64,000 bases of DNA from Candidatus Nanoarchaeia archaeon (GTDB lineage: Archaea > Nanobdellota > Nanobdellia > Woesearchaeales > UBA525): NCBI GenBank assembly GCA_028279755.1, contig JANQNB010000018.1, forward strand, positions 134,611 through 198,610. Reading direction: 5' to 3'. Positions 38,300 to 48,282 of the stretch are shown here, one piece after another. The notes below the pieces were generated by a model that saw only the letters and a list, made by a program, of their open reading frames with translations, searched no databases and was not told the DNA's origin. The translations under genes and the position numbers were made by a program. Within the stretch, counting starts at the first letter, position 1. Each line of letters begins with the position of its first letter.

Positions 38300-38824
38300 T
38301 TAGTAGAGCAATACTGCGACCACGCCAACGATCTCATCCAGTCGGACCTTGCACGGATCCGCTTCTTTGAGGTTGTCGCCCTTAGTGATCCAATACGGTC
38401 CGAGCTGGTCCTCGCCCTGCTTGATCACGCGGTGGATGATCGTGCCGCCATCTGTGCACGTGTTCTTGTATGCGATGATGTCACCTTCGCGCACTTGCTC
38501 AGCGCTTTCCGGCTTGATCTCGATCGCATTGGCTTCAGTATCGAGCACTGGCTCCATGCTGTTTGTCGGGCCGAATTTTGCATAGATGGCATTTGGGAGA
38601 TCGATCACGATGCGGTCCTTGTAGACGTGGATCTGGTCCTCGCTGATGTGATTGCTCGGGCTGAGACGTTCGACTGCCCTGCCAGTGATGCCGCTATAGA
38701 CATTGCTCGGGAAGGCCACATCGTCGTAGTTCGTCGGGTCCAGCGCTGCCTGGGTGGCATGATAGCCTTGGCCAGCCAGGATGCCGGCGACGAATGCAAT
38801 CAACAGGATAATTCCTCGTTTCAT
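38300..38824 (-). CDS. Signal peptidase I (S26 family, archaeal Sec11-like).
   Basis: It has an N-terminal TM anchor MKRGIILLIAFVAGIL, a catalytic-Ser region near NSMEPVL, and the YWITKGDN motif. Confidence 0.65.
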   Translation of the reverse strand: MKRGIILLIAFVAGILAGQGYHATQAALDPTNYDDVAFPSNVYSGITGRAVERLSPSNHISEDQIHVYKDRIVIDLPNAIYAKFGPTNSMEPVLDTEANAIEIKPESAEQVREGDIIAYKNTCTDGGTIIHRVIKQGEDQLGPYWITKGDNLKEADPCKVRLDEIVGVVAVLLY

Positions 38825-39024
38825 ATCGTACCCCCTAGTCTTTCTATGGTGACGCAAGTATATAAACTTTTCCTTTTTTGACTACTTTAAAGTAAAAACA
38901 AATAAAGTGTCTTTACTATTCAAAAAACTATTAATATGATTAGTAATTAAATAAATTCTATATAGAAAAATAATAATTGTGTCCAAGGACAATCTTTATT
39001 AGCAGGAAGTGCTCGGACACAGGC

Positions 39025-39795
39025 ATGACACTCCTGCAGATCAGCCTGACACTCGCGCTGTTATTGCTCATCTACATGACTGTGTGGTGGCTCATTGCCT
39101 CGCTGCTGAAAGACATGAGCCTGGTGGACATCGCCTGGGGCCCTGCCTTCGTGCTCGTCGCCTGGTTTATGTTGTATTTGAGTAATACTGCAGCGCCGAC
39201 GCAGTTGCTCGCTACCTTGCTCGTGACGATCTGGGGCATTCGTTTGGCCATGCATATCGGCTCACGCAAGATCGGCGCGCCTGAGGACTGGCGCTATGCA
39301 CGCTGGCGCAAGCAGTGGAAATGGGTGAAGACCAAGAGCTTCTTCTATGTCTTCCTGCTCCAGGGCTTCCTTGTCTTGCTGCTGAGTCTGCCGATCATCC
39401 TGATCAACATGCACGCCGGACCCTACTTTCACTGGCTCGCTTTTGTCGGCTTGTTGGTCTGGCTGAAAGGCTTTATGTGGGAAGTGCTTGGCGACTGGCA
39501 ATTGACCCAACACCTCAGGCTCAAGCGCAACCACGGCAAGTTGCTCACAAAAGGCTTGCGCAAGTACACGCGGCACCCGAATTACTTCGGCGAAGCCACG
39601 CTGTGGTGGGGTATCGGCCTGATGGCTGCGAGCATGGGGCAGTGGATCGCGCTGCTCAGCCCCGCCTTGCTGACCTTCTTGTTGATTCGTGTCAGCGGCG
39701 TTCCGCTTATCGAAGAGCGGCACGCGAAGAAGAAAGGCTGGGATCGCTACAAGAAGAAGACAAGCATGTTCATCCCCTGGCTGCCGAAGGCGTGA
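39025..39795 (+). CDS. DUF1295 / steroid-5-alpha-reductase-like membrane protein.
   Basis: The RHPNYFGE signature and a polytopic topology are present. Start chosen at ATG 39025. Confidence 0.7.
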   Translation: MTLLQISLTLALLLLIYMTVWWLIASLLKDMSLVDIAWGPAFVLVAWFMLYLSNTAAPTQLLATLLVTIWGIRLAMHIGSRKIGAPEDWRYARWRKQWKWVKTKSFFYVFLLQGFLVLLLSLPIILINMHAGPYFHWLAFVGLLVWLKGFMWEVLGDWQLTQHLRLKRNHGKLLTKGLRKYTRHPNYFGEATLWWGIGLMAASMGQWIALLSPALLTFLLIRVSGVPLIEERHAKKKGWDRYKKKTSMFIPWLPKA

Positions 39796-40729
39796 GCTGT
39801 TCGAGTATTTCTTTGTCAGTGAATTGCCGTAGCCACTGCAGTGTTTTCTTGCTTGCGCCGATGTATTGCTTGATGTACTCGTTGTCCGGGTGCTCCTTGG
39901 TCTCATGGCTCGCTTCTGCCAGGAGGAAGGCGATGCGTGTCTTAATCAGGCTTGGCAATAATTGCTGTTCTGCAGCGTTTATCGATCGTTCTGAGATGTA
40001 TCCTGTGTAAAGATGTGCAGCAGTGGCGAAATCCTGCTTGATAAGCAGGAAGGTTGCCAGGCAGACTGCGAGACCATTGATCACTTGGGTCTTGACCATG
40101 TCGCCAAAATCGATCAGGCCTGCCACTGTGCCGTTGTTGACGACGAGATTGTGCTGATGTCCGTCGTTGTGGATGACGTGTTTCGGCAAGTCCTGCAAAG
40201 CGGGCAGAACCTGTTTCTCAAATTCATGAAAGATCTGTGTGACATCAGGATCGTCGAGTTCTTCGACGTATGGTATGTTGATCAATGCCTGACTGATGTC
40301 GGCTGTGATCTCATGATCTGCGCTGGGATGGTCGAAGTCAGCGAGCGCGTTATCGATCTTCGCCACGAGCGCGCCAGCTTGTCGAAGTACTTCAGGAGGC
40401 CAGTCTTTCTTTCCCATCTGCTCGCCAGGGATCCAGGTGAGCACTCTGAGGAGCAGACCGGCATGTTTGACGATGAGCTTGCCGTCCTTGTTCGGGATTG
40501 GTTCTGGCACTGACATGCCCTTTTTGCGCAAGTGCAGCATCGCTTTGTTCTGCAGGTCGATAATATCTTCAGAATCATACACTGTCGCCTTGAAGACAAA
40601 ACTCTTATCCCTTGTCACGACGCGGCGATTGATGTCGAAATACCCCTCGAGCACGTGGAGTTCGTCAGCATCGATATCCCATTCTTCTTTGAGAATGCGC
40701 TTGATCTCGGCATCGTCGAGGCTTGTCAT
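39770..40729 (-). CDS. Aminoglycoside/homoserine-kinase-type phosphotransferase (APH family, protein-kinase-like fold).
   Basis: HNDGHQHNLVV carries the Brenner HxDxxxxN motif, and GLIDFGDM carries the DFG motif. Confidence 0.7.
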   Translation of the reverse strand: MTSLDDAEIKRILKEEWDIDADELHVLEGYFDINRRVVTRDKSFVFKATVYDSEDIIDLQNKAMLHLRKKGMSVPEPIPNKDGKLIVKHAGLLLRVLTWIPGEQMGKKDWPPEVLRQAGALVAKIDNALADFDHPSADHEITADISQALINIPYVEELDDPDVTQIFHEFEKQVLPALQDLPKHVIHNDGHQHNLVVNNGTVAGLIDFGDMVKTQVINGLAVCLATFLLIKQDFATAAHLYTGYISERSINAAEQQLLPSLIKTRIAFLLAEASHETKEHPDNEYIKQYIGASKKTLQWLRQFTDKEILEQLTPSAARG

Positions 40730-40821
40730 TATCTCTCGCTTTTTGCGAAGGAGGGTAGCTCTAAAAGGGTTTCGTTTTGTGCCCAAACCTTTTTATTTGA
40801 CTCTTTGTTTCGCGCTGTCTT

Positions 40822-42282
40822 ATGACAACGTACAAAACACTCGGGACCTACTCTATCAGTTTGCTGCATTACAGCCTGTTCTATGAGGATGAGCGAAAGC
40901 TCGTGTTTCACCAACCGATTCGCGTGCACAAGGGCATCGAATGCGAATACTACTTCGCCGAAGAAGACGGGAAGCAGTTCATGGCCACGATGCGGAAGAA
41001 GCTCGAGGATCCGAAATTCATCTACGAGTTCCACGCGCAGCACGAGAAGGACTGGGAAGCCCTGATGCGATTCATCGAAGAGATCATCCAGGAGCAGCCG
41101 ACCGAGAAGCTCGGCGAGCTCTTCGAACAATACTGGCACCTGCTCCAGCAGAGCCAGCCATTGGGCGACTGCTTCATCACTGTGGACAACGTCTACATGG
41201 AAGGCACCAGGCAGTGGGTCGAGCAGCGCCTGACAGCGCTTGGCCGTGCAGACGAGATCAACCATGCCATGACCATCCTGAGCTGGCCATGGAAGAACTT
41301 CGAGACCCTCGAGCAGGAGATCGAGTTCTACGCGTTGGCAAAGAAATTCAAAGGCAAGGACGTGCCGACAACGTTCGCCGAATTCCGGGAGAAGATCGAT
41401 GAAGACTTGCTGCTCGCGTTCGACAAGCATCTGGAGCGCTGGTGCTGGATTCCGCACTGGTACGACAACGAGCCATTCGATGAACAATTCCTCTTGGACC
41501 AGTTGCACAAGGCATTGAAAGAGGACGTTGATGCGCGCTACGACGACTTGTACAACAAGACTGCTGAGATCAAGAAGGAAGCTGAAGCGCTTGTGAAAGA
41601 CTTGCAGCCTGACGAGAAAATGCAGGAATTGATCGATGGGCTCCGCGAGTTCACGTATTTCCGGACAGCGCTTGACCTCCACACGAGCCGCGCATTGTAT
41701 TATGCGCGTCCGTTCTACGAACAGATAGCTAAAGCCTTAGGCGTCACCTTCTATGACCTGAAACTCCTTGTGGCTGAAGAGATCATCGACTTCCTCAAAG
41801 GGAATAAGGACACAGCCCTGATCAAGGGACTCCTTGCTGCACGCAAGGACATGGTCATCGACATGTATGAAGGCGATGAGCAGACCGTGCTTGTGGGTGA
41901 AGCTGCTGAAAAACTGTACAAAGACGTGCTGGCGAAGCTTGAGAAAGAAGACACCGGCACAGCCGACAGCCTCACTGGTGTCGGAGCCAGCCCTGGCGTG
42001 GCAGAAGGACCTGCACGCGTCATCACGTCGGTGCAGGAAGTCTCGACTGTGCAGGAAGGCGATGTTCTTGTCGTGCCGTCGACCAGCATCGATTTCCTCG
42101 TCGCGATGAAGAAAGCGGTGGCGATCGTCACAGAAGTGGGCGGGCTCACAAGCCACGCTGCAATCGTGTCGCGCGAACTCGGCATCCCGTGCGTGGTAAA
42201 CACGCAAGTCGCGTGCGAGAAGCTGCAAACCGGGCAGCAGATCAAGGTCGATGGCAAAGCAGGCACAGTAGAGGTCGTCTAA
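40822..42282 (+). CDS. PEP-utilizing enzyme (His swivel domain) family protein, paralog 2.
   Basis: The C-terminus GVGASPGVAEGPARVITSVQ...GDVLVVPSTSIDFLVAMKKAVAIVTEVGGLTSHAAIVSRELGIPCVV is the mobile His domain. The N-terminal region is paralogous to 6951..8621 (LREFTYFRTALDLHTSRALYYARPF against LRLVDYYSALQDMRKAISIEGNYYTYRF). Confidence 0.75.
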   Translation: MTTYKTLGTYSISLLHYSLFYEDERKLVFHQPIRVHKGIECEYYFAEEDGKQFMATMRKKLEDPKFIYEFHAQHEKDWEALMRFIEEIIQEQPTEKLGELFEQYWHLLQQSQPLGDCFITVDNVYMEGTRQWVEQRLTALGRADEINHAMTILSWPWKNFETLEQEIEFYALAKKFKGKDVPTTFAEFREKIDEDLLLAFDKHLERWCWIPHWYDNEPFDEQFLLDQLHKALKEDVDARYDDLYNKTAEIKKEAEALVKDLQPDEKMQELIDGLREFTYFRTALDLHTSRALYYARPFYEQIAKALGVTFYDLKLLVAEEIIDFLKGNKDTALIKGLLAARKDMVIDMYEGDEQTVLVGEAAEKLYKDVLAKLEKEDTGTADSLTGVGASPGVAEGPARVITSVQEVSTVQEGDVLVVPSTSIDFLVAMKKAVAIVTEVGGLTSHAAIVSRELGIPCVVNTQVACEKLQTGQQIKVDGKAGTVEVV

Positions 42283-43352
42283 AGCGCTTTCTTCACTTGC
42301 GCCCAGACCTTGACAGGATCGCTCGCGACAACACTCTGGCCAAGATAGAGCTCCATGATGCCGATGTCAGTCGTGCGCGCATTGAGATTGCCGCGATCGA
42401 CGATGCGCACGATGACTGGAAAACCAGGCCAGGATTTATCGAGTGGGGGCATGATCACTGCGACATTGAAGGACTCGACGCCCATCTTCCGATAAGAATT
42501 CAAGACCTTGTAGATCGTTCGGAAGAGCTGTTCGTCAGCAGATTTTGAGATGAGAATGATTTCTTTTTCTTTTTTTGGAGTCAGCGAGGCGAAGACCTTC
42601 ACCCCTTTCTTCTCTGCGGCCAGGCCGAGCGTCTTATGCACGGCGTAGAGTTCCTGCCAGAACGTGCGTTTGTACCGGCCCTTATAGACCTCAGCGCCAA
42701 GCTTCCACAAATGGGTTGCGGCATAAGGCTCGTGCTTGCCGACCATGACCTGCATGTGGCCGTGCACCAGGGAAGCGGCAGCTTTCCACAGGCAGTTCCA
42801 GCCGATGACTGGGTAGTGCGCTTCCGGATGCTCTGCATGCGCTGCAGCGATCCACGACAGCGCGGCGTTGAAATGATCGACCGTCTCTTCTTCAGTGAAT
42901 GCCAAGGGATCTGCCTTGTTGAAGATCACCAGGCCGTGGAGGCTATCGTATTTCGCGACATTACTGGCCGAGACTTCGCTCTTGCCATACAATCTGCCGA
43001 ACGTGTCTTCCGGCGTGTTCTTCTCGACATCAGCAAAGGGCTCTTTTGCTGCCAAATCCTTCAGGGCCTTCTTGGTGATACCCTTCCCGCTCTGGATCGG
43101 CCGGTCCGCACGCAACTTGTTGAACAGCGCGCCTTCATGGAGCACGTGGTTCGTGACTTTCAGAATGGGCTGTTGCTCGAGCTTCGCCACAGCGCCGAAC
43201 TGTTTCTTTGCCCAGGGCTTCATGCTGTCCGGCACGACAAGCTCGCCTGCATCCATGCTGAACGAGAAGATGCTGTCGAACCTTCTTTTGTCCCGCGGAT
43301 TGAGCTTCTTGTAAGCCTTGGACAGATCGAGCACGCTCTTCATGGTCACCAT
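42279..43352 (-). CDS. HIT-superfamily nucleotidyltransferase/phosphorylase (GalT-like, HxHxQ motif).
   Basis: ASLVHGHMQVMVGK matches the GalT/ADP-glucose phosphorylase active-site motif (H-phi-H-phi-Q). It converges on the paralog-2 gene with a 4-nt overlap. Confidence 0.5.
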   Translation of the reverse strand: MVTMKSVLDLSKAYKKLNPRDKRRFDSIFSFSMDAGELVVPDSMKPWAKKQFGAVAKLEQQPILKVTNHVLHEGALFNKLRADRPIQSGKGITKKALKDLAAKEPFADVEKNTPEDTFGRLYGKSEVSASNVAKYDSLHGLVIFNKADPLAFTEEETVDHFNAALSWIAAAHAEHPEAHYPVIGWNCLWKAAASLVHGHMQVMVGKHEPYAATHLWKLGAEVYKGRYKRTFWQELYAVHKTLGLAAEKKGVKVFASLTPKKEKEIILISKSADEQLFRTIYKVLNSYRKMGVESFNVAVIMPPLDKSWPGFPVIVRIVDRGNLNARTTDIGIMELYLGQSVVASDPVKVWAQVKKAL

Positions 43353-43450
43353 TCCTGGTTATTGCTTTTAATAGTTTTAGCTTCCACTATCTTTATAAAT
43401 CCTTTCACAGGACTTCGAGGCGTTTTACAAGCATTACCGAGGTAATATCC

Positions 43451-44449
43451 ATGAAGGTACTTATACCGCTCGCAGGGAAAGGGTCGCGCATGCGACCGCA
43501 CACGCACAGCAAGCCGAAACCGATGCTCCCGGTCGCGGGCAAGCCGAACATCGACCACATTCTCGACCTGCTCAAAGATATTGAGGTGTCGGAATACATC
43601 TTCATCACCGGGCATCTCAAGGAATACGTCGAGGAATACATGAGGGAGAAAGGCATCACGAACGCGCGCTACATCGAGCAAAAAGTGCGCAATGGTCCTG
43701 CTGGCGCGATCAAGCTCGCGGAAGAATTCATCAACGAACCCTTGCTCATCATCTACGTTGACACAATCTTTGACATCGACCTGAGCATCCTCAAGGACTG
43801 CACAGACGACGGCATCATCTGGGCGCAGGAAGTCGAGGATTACCAACGCTTCGGCGTCATGGTGACTGACGACGATGATTACCTCGTCAAGATCGTGGAG
43901 AAGCCCAAGGAACCCATCTCTAAATTGGCGAACATCGGCATGTACTACATGCACGACATCAAGAAGTTCTGGGACGGCATGCACTACATCTTCGACAACA
44001 AGAAGACTGTGAAAGGCGAGTATTATCCTGTGGATGCGTTCCAGCGCATGGTCGACACCGGCGCCAAGATCAAGATCGTTGAGGCGAAAGGGTGGTACGA
44101 CTGCGGCAAGCCCGAGACGACGCTCGAAAGCAACGCGATCCTGCTCAAGAAATTCCACGAGATCAAGAGCAAAGCGAAGAACAGCAAGATCGTCGAACCA
44201 GTGTTCATTGATTCAGATTGCACGATAGAGGATTCTGAGATCGGACCGAATGTGCACGTCAGCAAAGGCTGCGTGGTGCAGAACGCGAAATTGCACGACT
44301 GCATCCTTGACGAGGACTCGACTGTGAAAGACATCTCGCTCGGCGAGAGCATCCTCGGCAGCAATACCTTCATTGAGGGGGAAGGCAAGGACAAGAAATT
44401 GACACTGCTTGCCGGCTGCCACAGCAATCTGAACCTGAAACCGAAATAG
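43451..44449 (+). CDS. Sugar-1-phosphate nucleotidyltransferase (NDP-sugar pyrophosphorylase) with a C-terminal left-handed beta-helix.
   Basis: MKVLIPLAGKGSRMRPHTHSKPKPMLPVAGKP matches the G-x-G-x-R-L nucleotide-binding motif. Hexapeptide-like repeats follow at the C-terminus. Confidence 0.8.
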   Translation: MKVLIPLAGKGSRMRPHTHSKPKPMLPVAGKPNIDHILDLLKDIEVSEYIFITGHLKEYVEEYMREKGITNARYIEQKVRNGPAGAIKLAEEFINEPLLIIYVDTIFDIDLSILKDCTDDGIIWAQEVEDYQRFGVMVTDDDDYLVKIVEKPKEPISKLANIGMYYMHDIKKFWDGMHYIFDNKKTVKGEYYPVDAFQRMVDTGAKIKIVEAKGWYDCGKPETTLESNAILLKKFHEIKSKAKNSKIVEPVFIDSDCTIEDSEIGPNVHVSKGCVVQNAKLHDCILDEDSTVKDISLGESILGSNTFIEGEGKDKKLTLLAGCHSNLNLKPK

Positions 44450-44477
44450 GGCCTGTACCGCGGCCCTCTCGCTGCGC

Positions 44478-46316
44478 ATGTCGGGCCAGGGCGGTACAGG
44501 CGCTAGTGCTACCAAAACCTTTTTATCCCGTAGTTCTTCAGAGCATACAAAGAGGTGGGCAGTGGTTCGTATTATCCACGAATTCGGAAAACAGCACATC
44601 GAAGGCGAAGGCGACGGCCTGTTCGTGCTGACTGACAAGAAAGGCAGCTTCTTCTCAGCCTGTGGCGAGAACCTGACCAAGTACAACGGGCTGCAGCACT
44701 ACGATCCGCAACACGGCTATGTCAAGAGCCTTGAACGATTGTCCCTGCCTGCGAAAATCACGACAGTCATCAACCGGGTGACGAATGTCGAGCGCCAGTA
44801 CGACAACGGCGCCGTTGAAACGTACTGGATGAGCAGCAAGTCCCTGCATTACACCGTGAAGAACTACCACGGCCAGCTGGAAGTCGTGCTCGACATGCGA
44901 AGGGATGAAAAGACCGAAGGCCGGGTGTATCACGTCACGCACGAAGATGATGTCCTGCTCATCCGCTACGAGCAAGAAGGCGACTATGTCGACGTCCTCG
45001 CGATCAAGGGCGTGCACGGCTTCACCGCGACCGGCACCTGGTCTGAAGAACGCTACGCATACGACGAGCGGCGCAAAGACAAGAGCGCGTACTGGGTCTA
45101 TCACGCCGGCACGATCTCCGTCGAGGGCGAAGCACATCTCATCATCGCGCGCGGGCATAGCGCCGAGCACGCGACCACCCTGGTGCAGACAGCGAATGCC
45201 GAAGAATCGCACCTGCAGAACAGCATCGAGCACTACGCGTTCACAGAATTCACAGCGCAGCATCCTGGGCTCTTTGCGCACACAGCTCTTGACGCGCTTG
45301 TCACCAACAAGCCAGGCGAGAAAGTCACTGGCATCTTCGCAGGCCTGCCGTGGTTCACGCAATACTGGAGCCGCGACGAGCTCATCAGCCTGGGCGCCCT
45401 GATCAGGATCGAGAAGTTCGGTCTCGTGAAAGAGATCCTGACACGCTATTACGAACTGCTCGACAAGCCCCTGCAGGCGCACTACCCGAGCGGCGGCCTG
45501 CTCGCTGCCGACTCGCTAGGCTGGCTGGCGAAACGAACGCTTGACCTGTTACAGGCGCTTGACGAACGCGGCATCAGGAAGAAACATTTCACTCGATTGG
45601 AATTGGCGTACATCAAGGATCGCATGGCCACTGCTGTGGAAGAATTGCTTGCAGTGCGCGGCGAAGATGGCTTGGTACGCAATGGTCCAGGAGAAACGTG
45701 GATGGACGCGGCTTTTGATGGCGATCACCGCGCAGGTATCCGTGTCGAGATCCAAGCATTGACACTTGCCTGCTACCGGCTGTTGCGTGTTCTCGACGAG
45801 AAATGGCACGAGGAAGGGCACGCCTTCGCTGAGAGAGCGCGCACGAAACTGTATCGGGAAGGCAGGCTATTGGACGGCGTGCGTGACGAGACAACACGAC
45901 CGAACGTGTTCATCGCATACTATGTGTATCCTGAACTCTTGAGCGCAGCACAGTGGAAGAAGGTGTTCGATGACGCTCTCGCAAAGCTCTGGTGCTCGTG
46001 GGGTGGGCTCGCGAGCATCGACACAAACGATCCGCGCTACTGCGAACGCTATTCCGGCGCCGACGACAAGAGCTATCACCGCGGCGATTCCTGGTACTGG
46101 ATCAATGCGCTTGCCGCCATCTGCCTCAAACGCCTGGATGCCAAGAAATGGCAGGATGCGATTTCTCAGCTCAAAGACGCGTGCCTGAACGACCTGCTCT
46201 GGCAGGGCGCGCTCGGGCATTGCTCGGAATTGAGCAGCGCAAAACAGCAAGAATGGGCAGGCACGTTTTCTCAGGCATGGAGCGCCGCGTTGCTGTATGA
46301 GCTGCTGACAGAATAG
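44478..46316 (+). CDS. Six-hairpin glycoside hydrolase (amylo-alpha-1,6-glucosidase / GDE C-terminal-domain-like).
   Basis: GLPWFTQYWSRDELISLGAL and YHRGDSWYWINALAAICL resemble the GDE_C / (alpha/alpha)6-barrel catalytic region. Confidence 0.6.
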   Translation: MSGQGGTGASATKTFLSRSSSEHTKRWAVVRIIHEFGKQHIEGEGDGLFVLTDKKGSFFSACGENLTKYNGLQHYDPQHGYVKSLERLSLPAKITTVINRVTNVERQYDNGAVETYWMSSKSLHYTVKNYHGQLEVVLDMRRDEKTEGRVYHVTHEDDVLLIRYEQEGDYVDVLAIKGVHGFTATGTWSEERYAYDERRKDKSAYWVYHAGTISVEGEAHLIIARGHSAEHATTLVQTANAEESHLQNSIEHYAFTEFTAQHPGLFAHTALDALVTNKPGEKVTGIFAGLPWFTQYWSRDELISLGALIRIEKFGLVKEILTRYYELLDKPLQAHYPSGGLLAADSLGWLAKRTLDLLQALDERGIRKKHFTRLELAYIKDRMATAVEELLAVRGEDGLVRNGPGETWMDAAFDGDHRAGIRVEIQALTLACYRLLRVLDEKWHEEGHAFAERARTKLYREGRLLDGVRDETTRPNVFIAYYVYPELLSAAQWKKVFDDALAKLWCSWGGLASIDTNDPRYCERYSGADDKSYHRGDSWYWINALAAICLKRLDAKKWQDAISQLKDACLNDLLWQGALGHCSELSSAKQQEWAGTFSQAWSAALLYELLTE

Positions 46317-46383
46317 AGTTGTCTCTTTAAAGTGGTAACAAATAGAAAAGCTTAAATACCTGGGGTAGTTCTAGGTACGTGAT

Positions 46384-46527
46384 GAAGATCAAGACGAGTG
46401 TGGCCTTGGGAGAAGACACCCTTCATTCTATGCGTGAACTCGTCCGTGACGGCCGTTTTCGGAACAAGTCGCACGTGATGGAATTTGCCATCAAACAGCT
46501 GCTCAGAGAGGTCTCCAATGGGAACTG
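46384..46527 (+). CDS. Ribbon-helix-helix (CopG-like) small DNA-binding protein.
   Basis: 47 aa: MKIKTSVALGEDTLHSMRELVRDGRFRNKSHVMEFAIKQLLREVSNGN. The ORF track omits it because it is under 60 aa. Its stop overlaps the downstream start. Confidence 0.5.
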
Positions 46528-47624
46528 AGATGTTCTTTGATCAATTTGGCAATACGACTGTTGTCGACTCTATTGATGGTGTAGAGATATGGAATGTTAC
46601 AGAAGAGACTCGCTTCATGTTACCCGGGGCCTTGACACGGACGGAACGAGAGGTGCTTGAGGCGCTCCGCGGAGACGCGCTTCCACACCCGAGGAATGGA
46701 GAAGACATCCACGAAGGCACTGCTTTTGCCCATTATCATGGACCCCGAAAGCCAGGAACCGGAATTCCGGTAGACTTGCTTCTGGGAACAGTTGTGGAAC
46801 GCGACAATGCCTTGCATGTTGAAGGGGACACGGTGATAACATATCACGCAAATGATGATCCCTGGTTTTCGCCTGCTATAATCGGACTTGACATCGGAGA
46901 AACGCAACAGAGACGATTATTCATAGGCGACACGCTCCATGGAACTCCGCTCGACAGTGAGCGCTACACTGCAATCATGGAAACGATCGGCGGCATCTCT
47001 CGAGAGCGATCTATTGCACACCCTGCGACAAAGGAAGGTCGTCGGTACAGCGAAGAATACGACGCGCTTGTTGCACGCTGTGCTCACGCTGGCTTGCAGG
47101 AGATCGAAGGAGGCATGTTCAACTCAAAAGGTCTTGAAAGCCCTGGTCCAACACTCGTGGCAGTCCATCCGTTTTACATGGAATATCATAATTCATTCGG
47201 AAATAGGACGAGGCTGTCAATCCAGCAACGCGATGCTCTCATGCAACGTTATGATGACTTGTTTACACGCCATGAGGGTCCGTTAGTTGTGGTCGAAGAG
47301 GAAGGACGCATTTGTGATACACTGCAACGAATACGGGCGAATGGCCGTGCAGGCGACATTTACTTTGTCCCAACAATGAATCGATCGTCTTCGCTGTTTC
47401 CGTTTACAGACGACAGAGAGTTCATTGACCTGCTGCAAGGTTTAGGCGTTGACGGCCTGAAATTTGTCGGCGGTCATGACGCTGGCAACAGACGCTATAC
47501 TTCAAGAGATCCTATGACTGGCGAAACAACGCGGTATTCCGGATGCTTGAGAGGTCTGGCGAACCGGATTGAGAAGCTCGGATTTCCGGCTGTGGAAACA
47601 ATTCCGGCATATGTTTACTCGTAG
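46518..47624 (+). CDS. Hypothetical protein in a low-GC islet, translationally coupled to the RHH gene.
   Basis: About 369 aa with no recognisable domain. The ATG at 46518 overlaps the RHH gene's 3' end. Confidence 0.5.
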   Translation: MGTEMFFDQFGNTTVVDSIDGVEIWNVTEETRFMLPGALTRTEREVLEALRGDALPHPRNGEDIHEGTAFAHYHGPRKPGTGIPVDLLLGTVVERDNALHVEGDTVITYHANDDPWFSPAIIGLDIGETQQRRLFIGDTLHGTPLDSERYTAIMETIGGISRERSIAHPATKEGRRYSEEYDALVARCAHAGLQEIEGGMFNSKGLESPGPTLVAVHPFYMEYHNSFGNRTRLSIQQRDALMQRYDDLFTRHEGPLVVVEEEGRICDTLQRIRANGRAGDIYFVPTMNRSSSLFPFTDDREFIDLLQGLGVDGLKFVGGHDAGNRRYTSRDPMTGETTRYSGCLRGLANRIEKLGFPAVETIPAYVYS

Positions 47625-47726
47625 ATCTGATGTATGGACGCGATGAGGAGAACACACGAAATATATTTCTATATAGAAAACAATCCATCCCCCAAACGCT
47701 TTTAAAGCGCCTGCTCATCCATCTCG

Positions 47727-48278
47727 GTGATGGGGATCCTCGACGGGTTGGAAGGGTTTATGGAGCGATTCACGCCCTACCTGAACAAGATCGTCATCTT
47801 CTTCCTCATACTCTTCATCGGCTTCCTCGTTGGCAAGATCATTGGCAGGCTTGTCAGGAAGATCCTGCGTGACATCAAGACAGATGCGTTTGTCAACCGC
47901 ACGCTCGGCTGGAAGCTCAGCCTGGAACGCACGATCAGCAGTCTGGTTGCAGGCCTCGTGTACCTGGTGAGCTTCATCCTCGCCCTGAACGCAGTCGGCC
48001 TGACGACATTGGTGCTTGAGATCATCCTTGGCGTGTTTGTCCTGGCCATTGTCCTGAGCTTCCTCATCGCGTTGAAGGACATCATCCCCAATGCCGCTGC
48101 TGGCCTGACGATCCGGCAGAAAGTCAAGGAAGGCGTCAAGGTGAAGATGGACGACGCAGAAGGCAAGGTGAAGGAAGTCAACCTCTTGGAGACGATCGTG
48201 CAGACCAAGAACGGCGACACGATCGTGGTGCCGAACGCGCTCTTTGCAAAACAATTGATACGAATCAAACGAAGGTGA
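47727..48278 (+). CDS. Small-conductance mechanosensitive channel (MscS family, short archaeal type).
   Basis: TM helices are followed by LTIRQKVKEGVKVKMDDAEGKVKEVNLLETIVQTKNGDTIVVPNALF, the MscS beta domain. Confidence 0.7.
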   Translation: MMGILDGLEGFMERFTPYLNKIVIFFLILFIGFLVGKIIGRLVRKILRDIKTDAFVNRTLGWKLSLERTISSLVAGLVYLVSFILALNAVGLTTLVLEIILGVFVLAIVLSFLIALKDIIPNAAAGLTIRQKVKEGVKVKMDDAEGKVKEVNLLETIVQTKNGDTIVVPNALFAKQLIRIKRR

Positions 48279-48282
48279 TACC

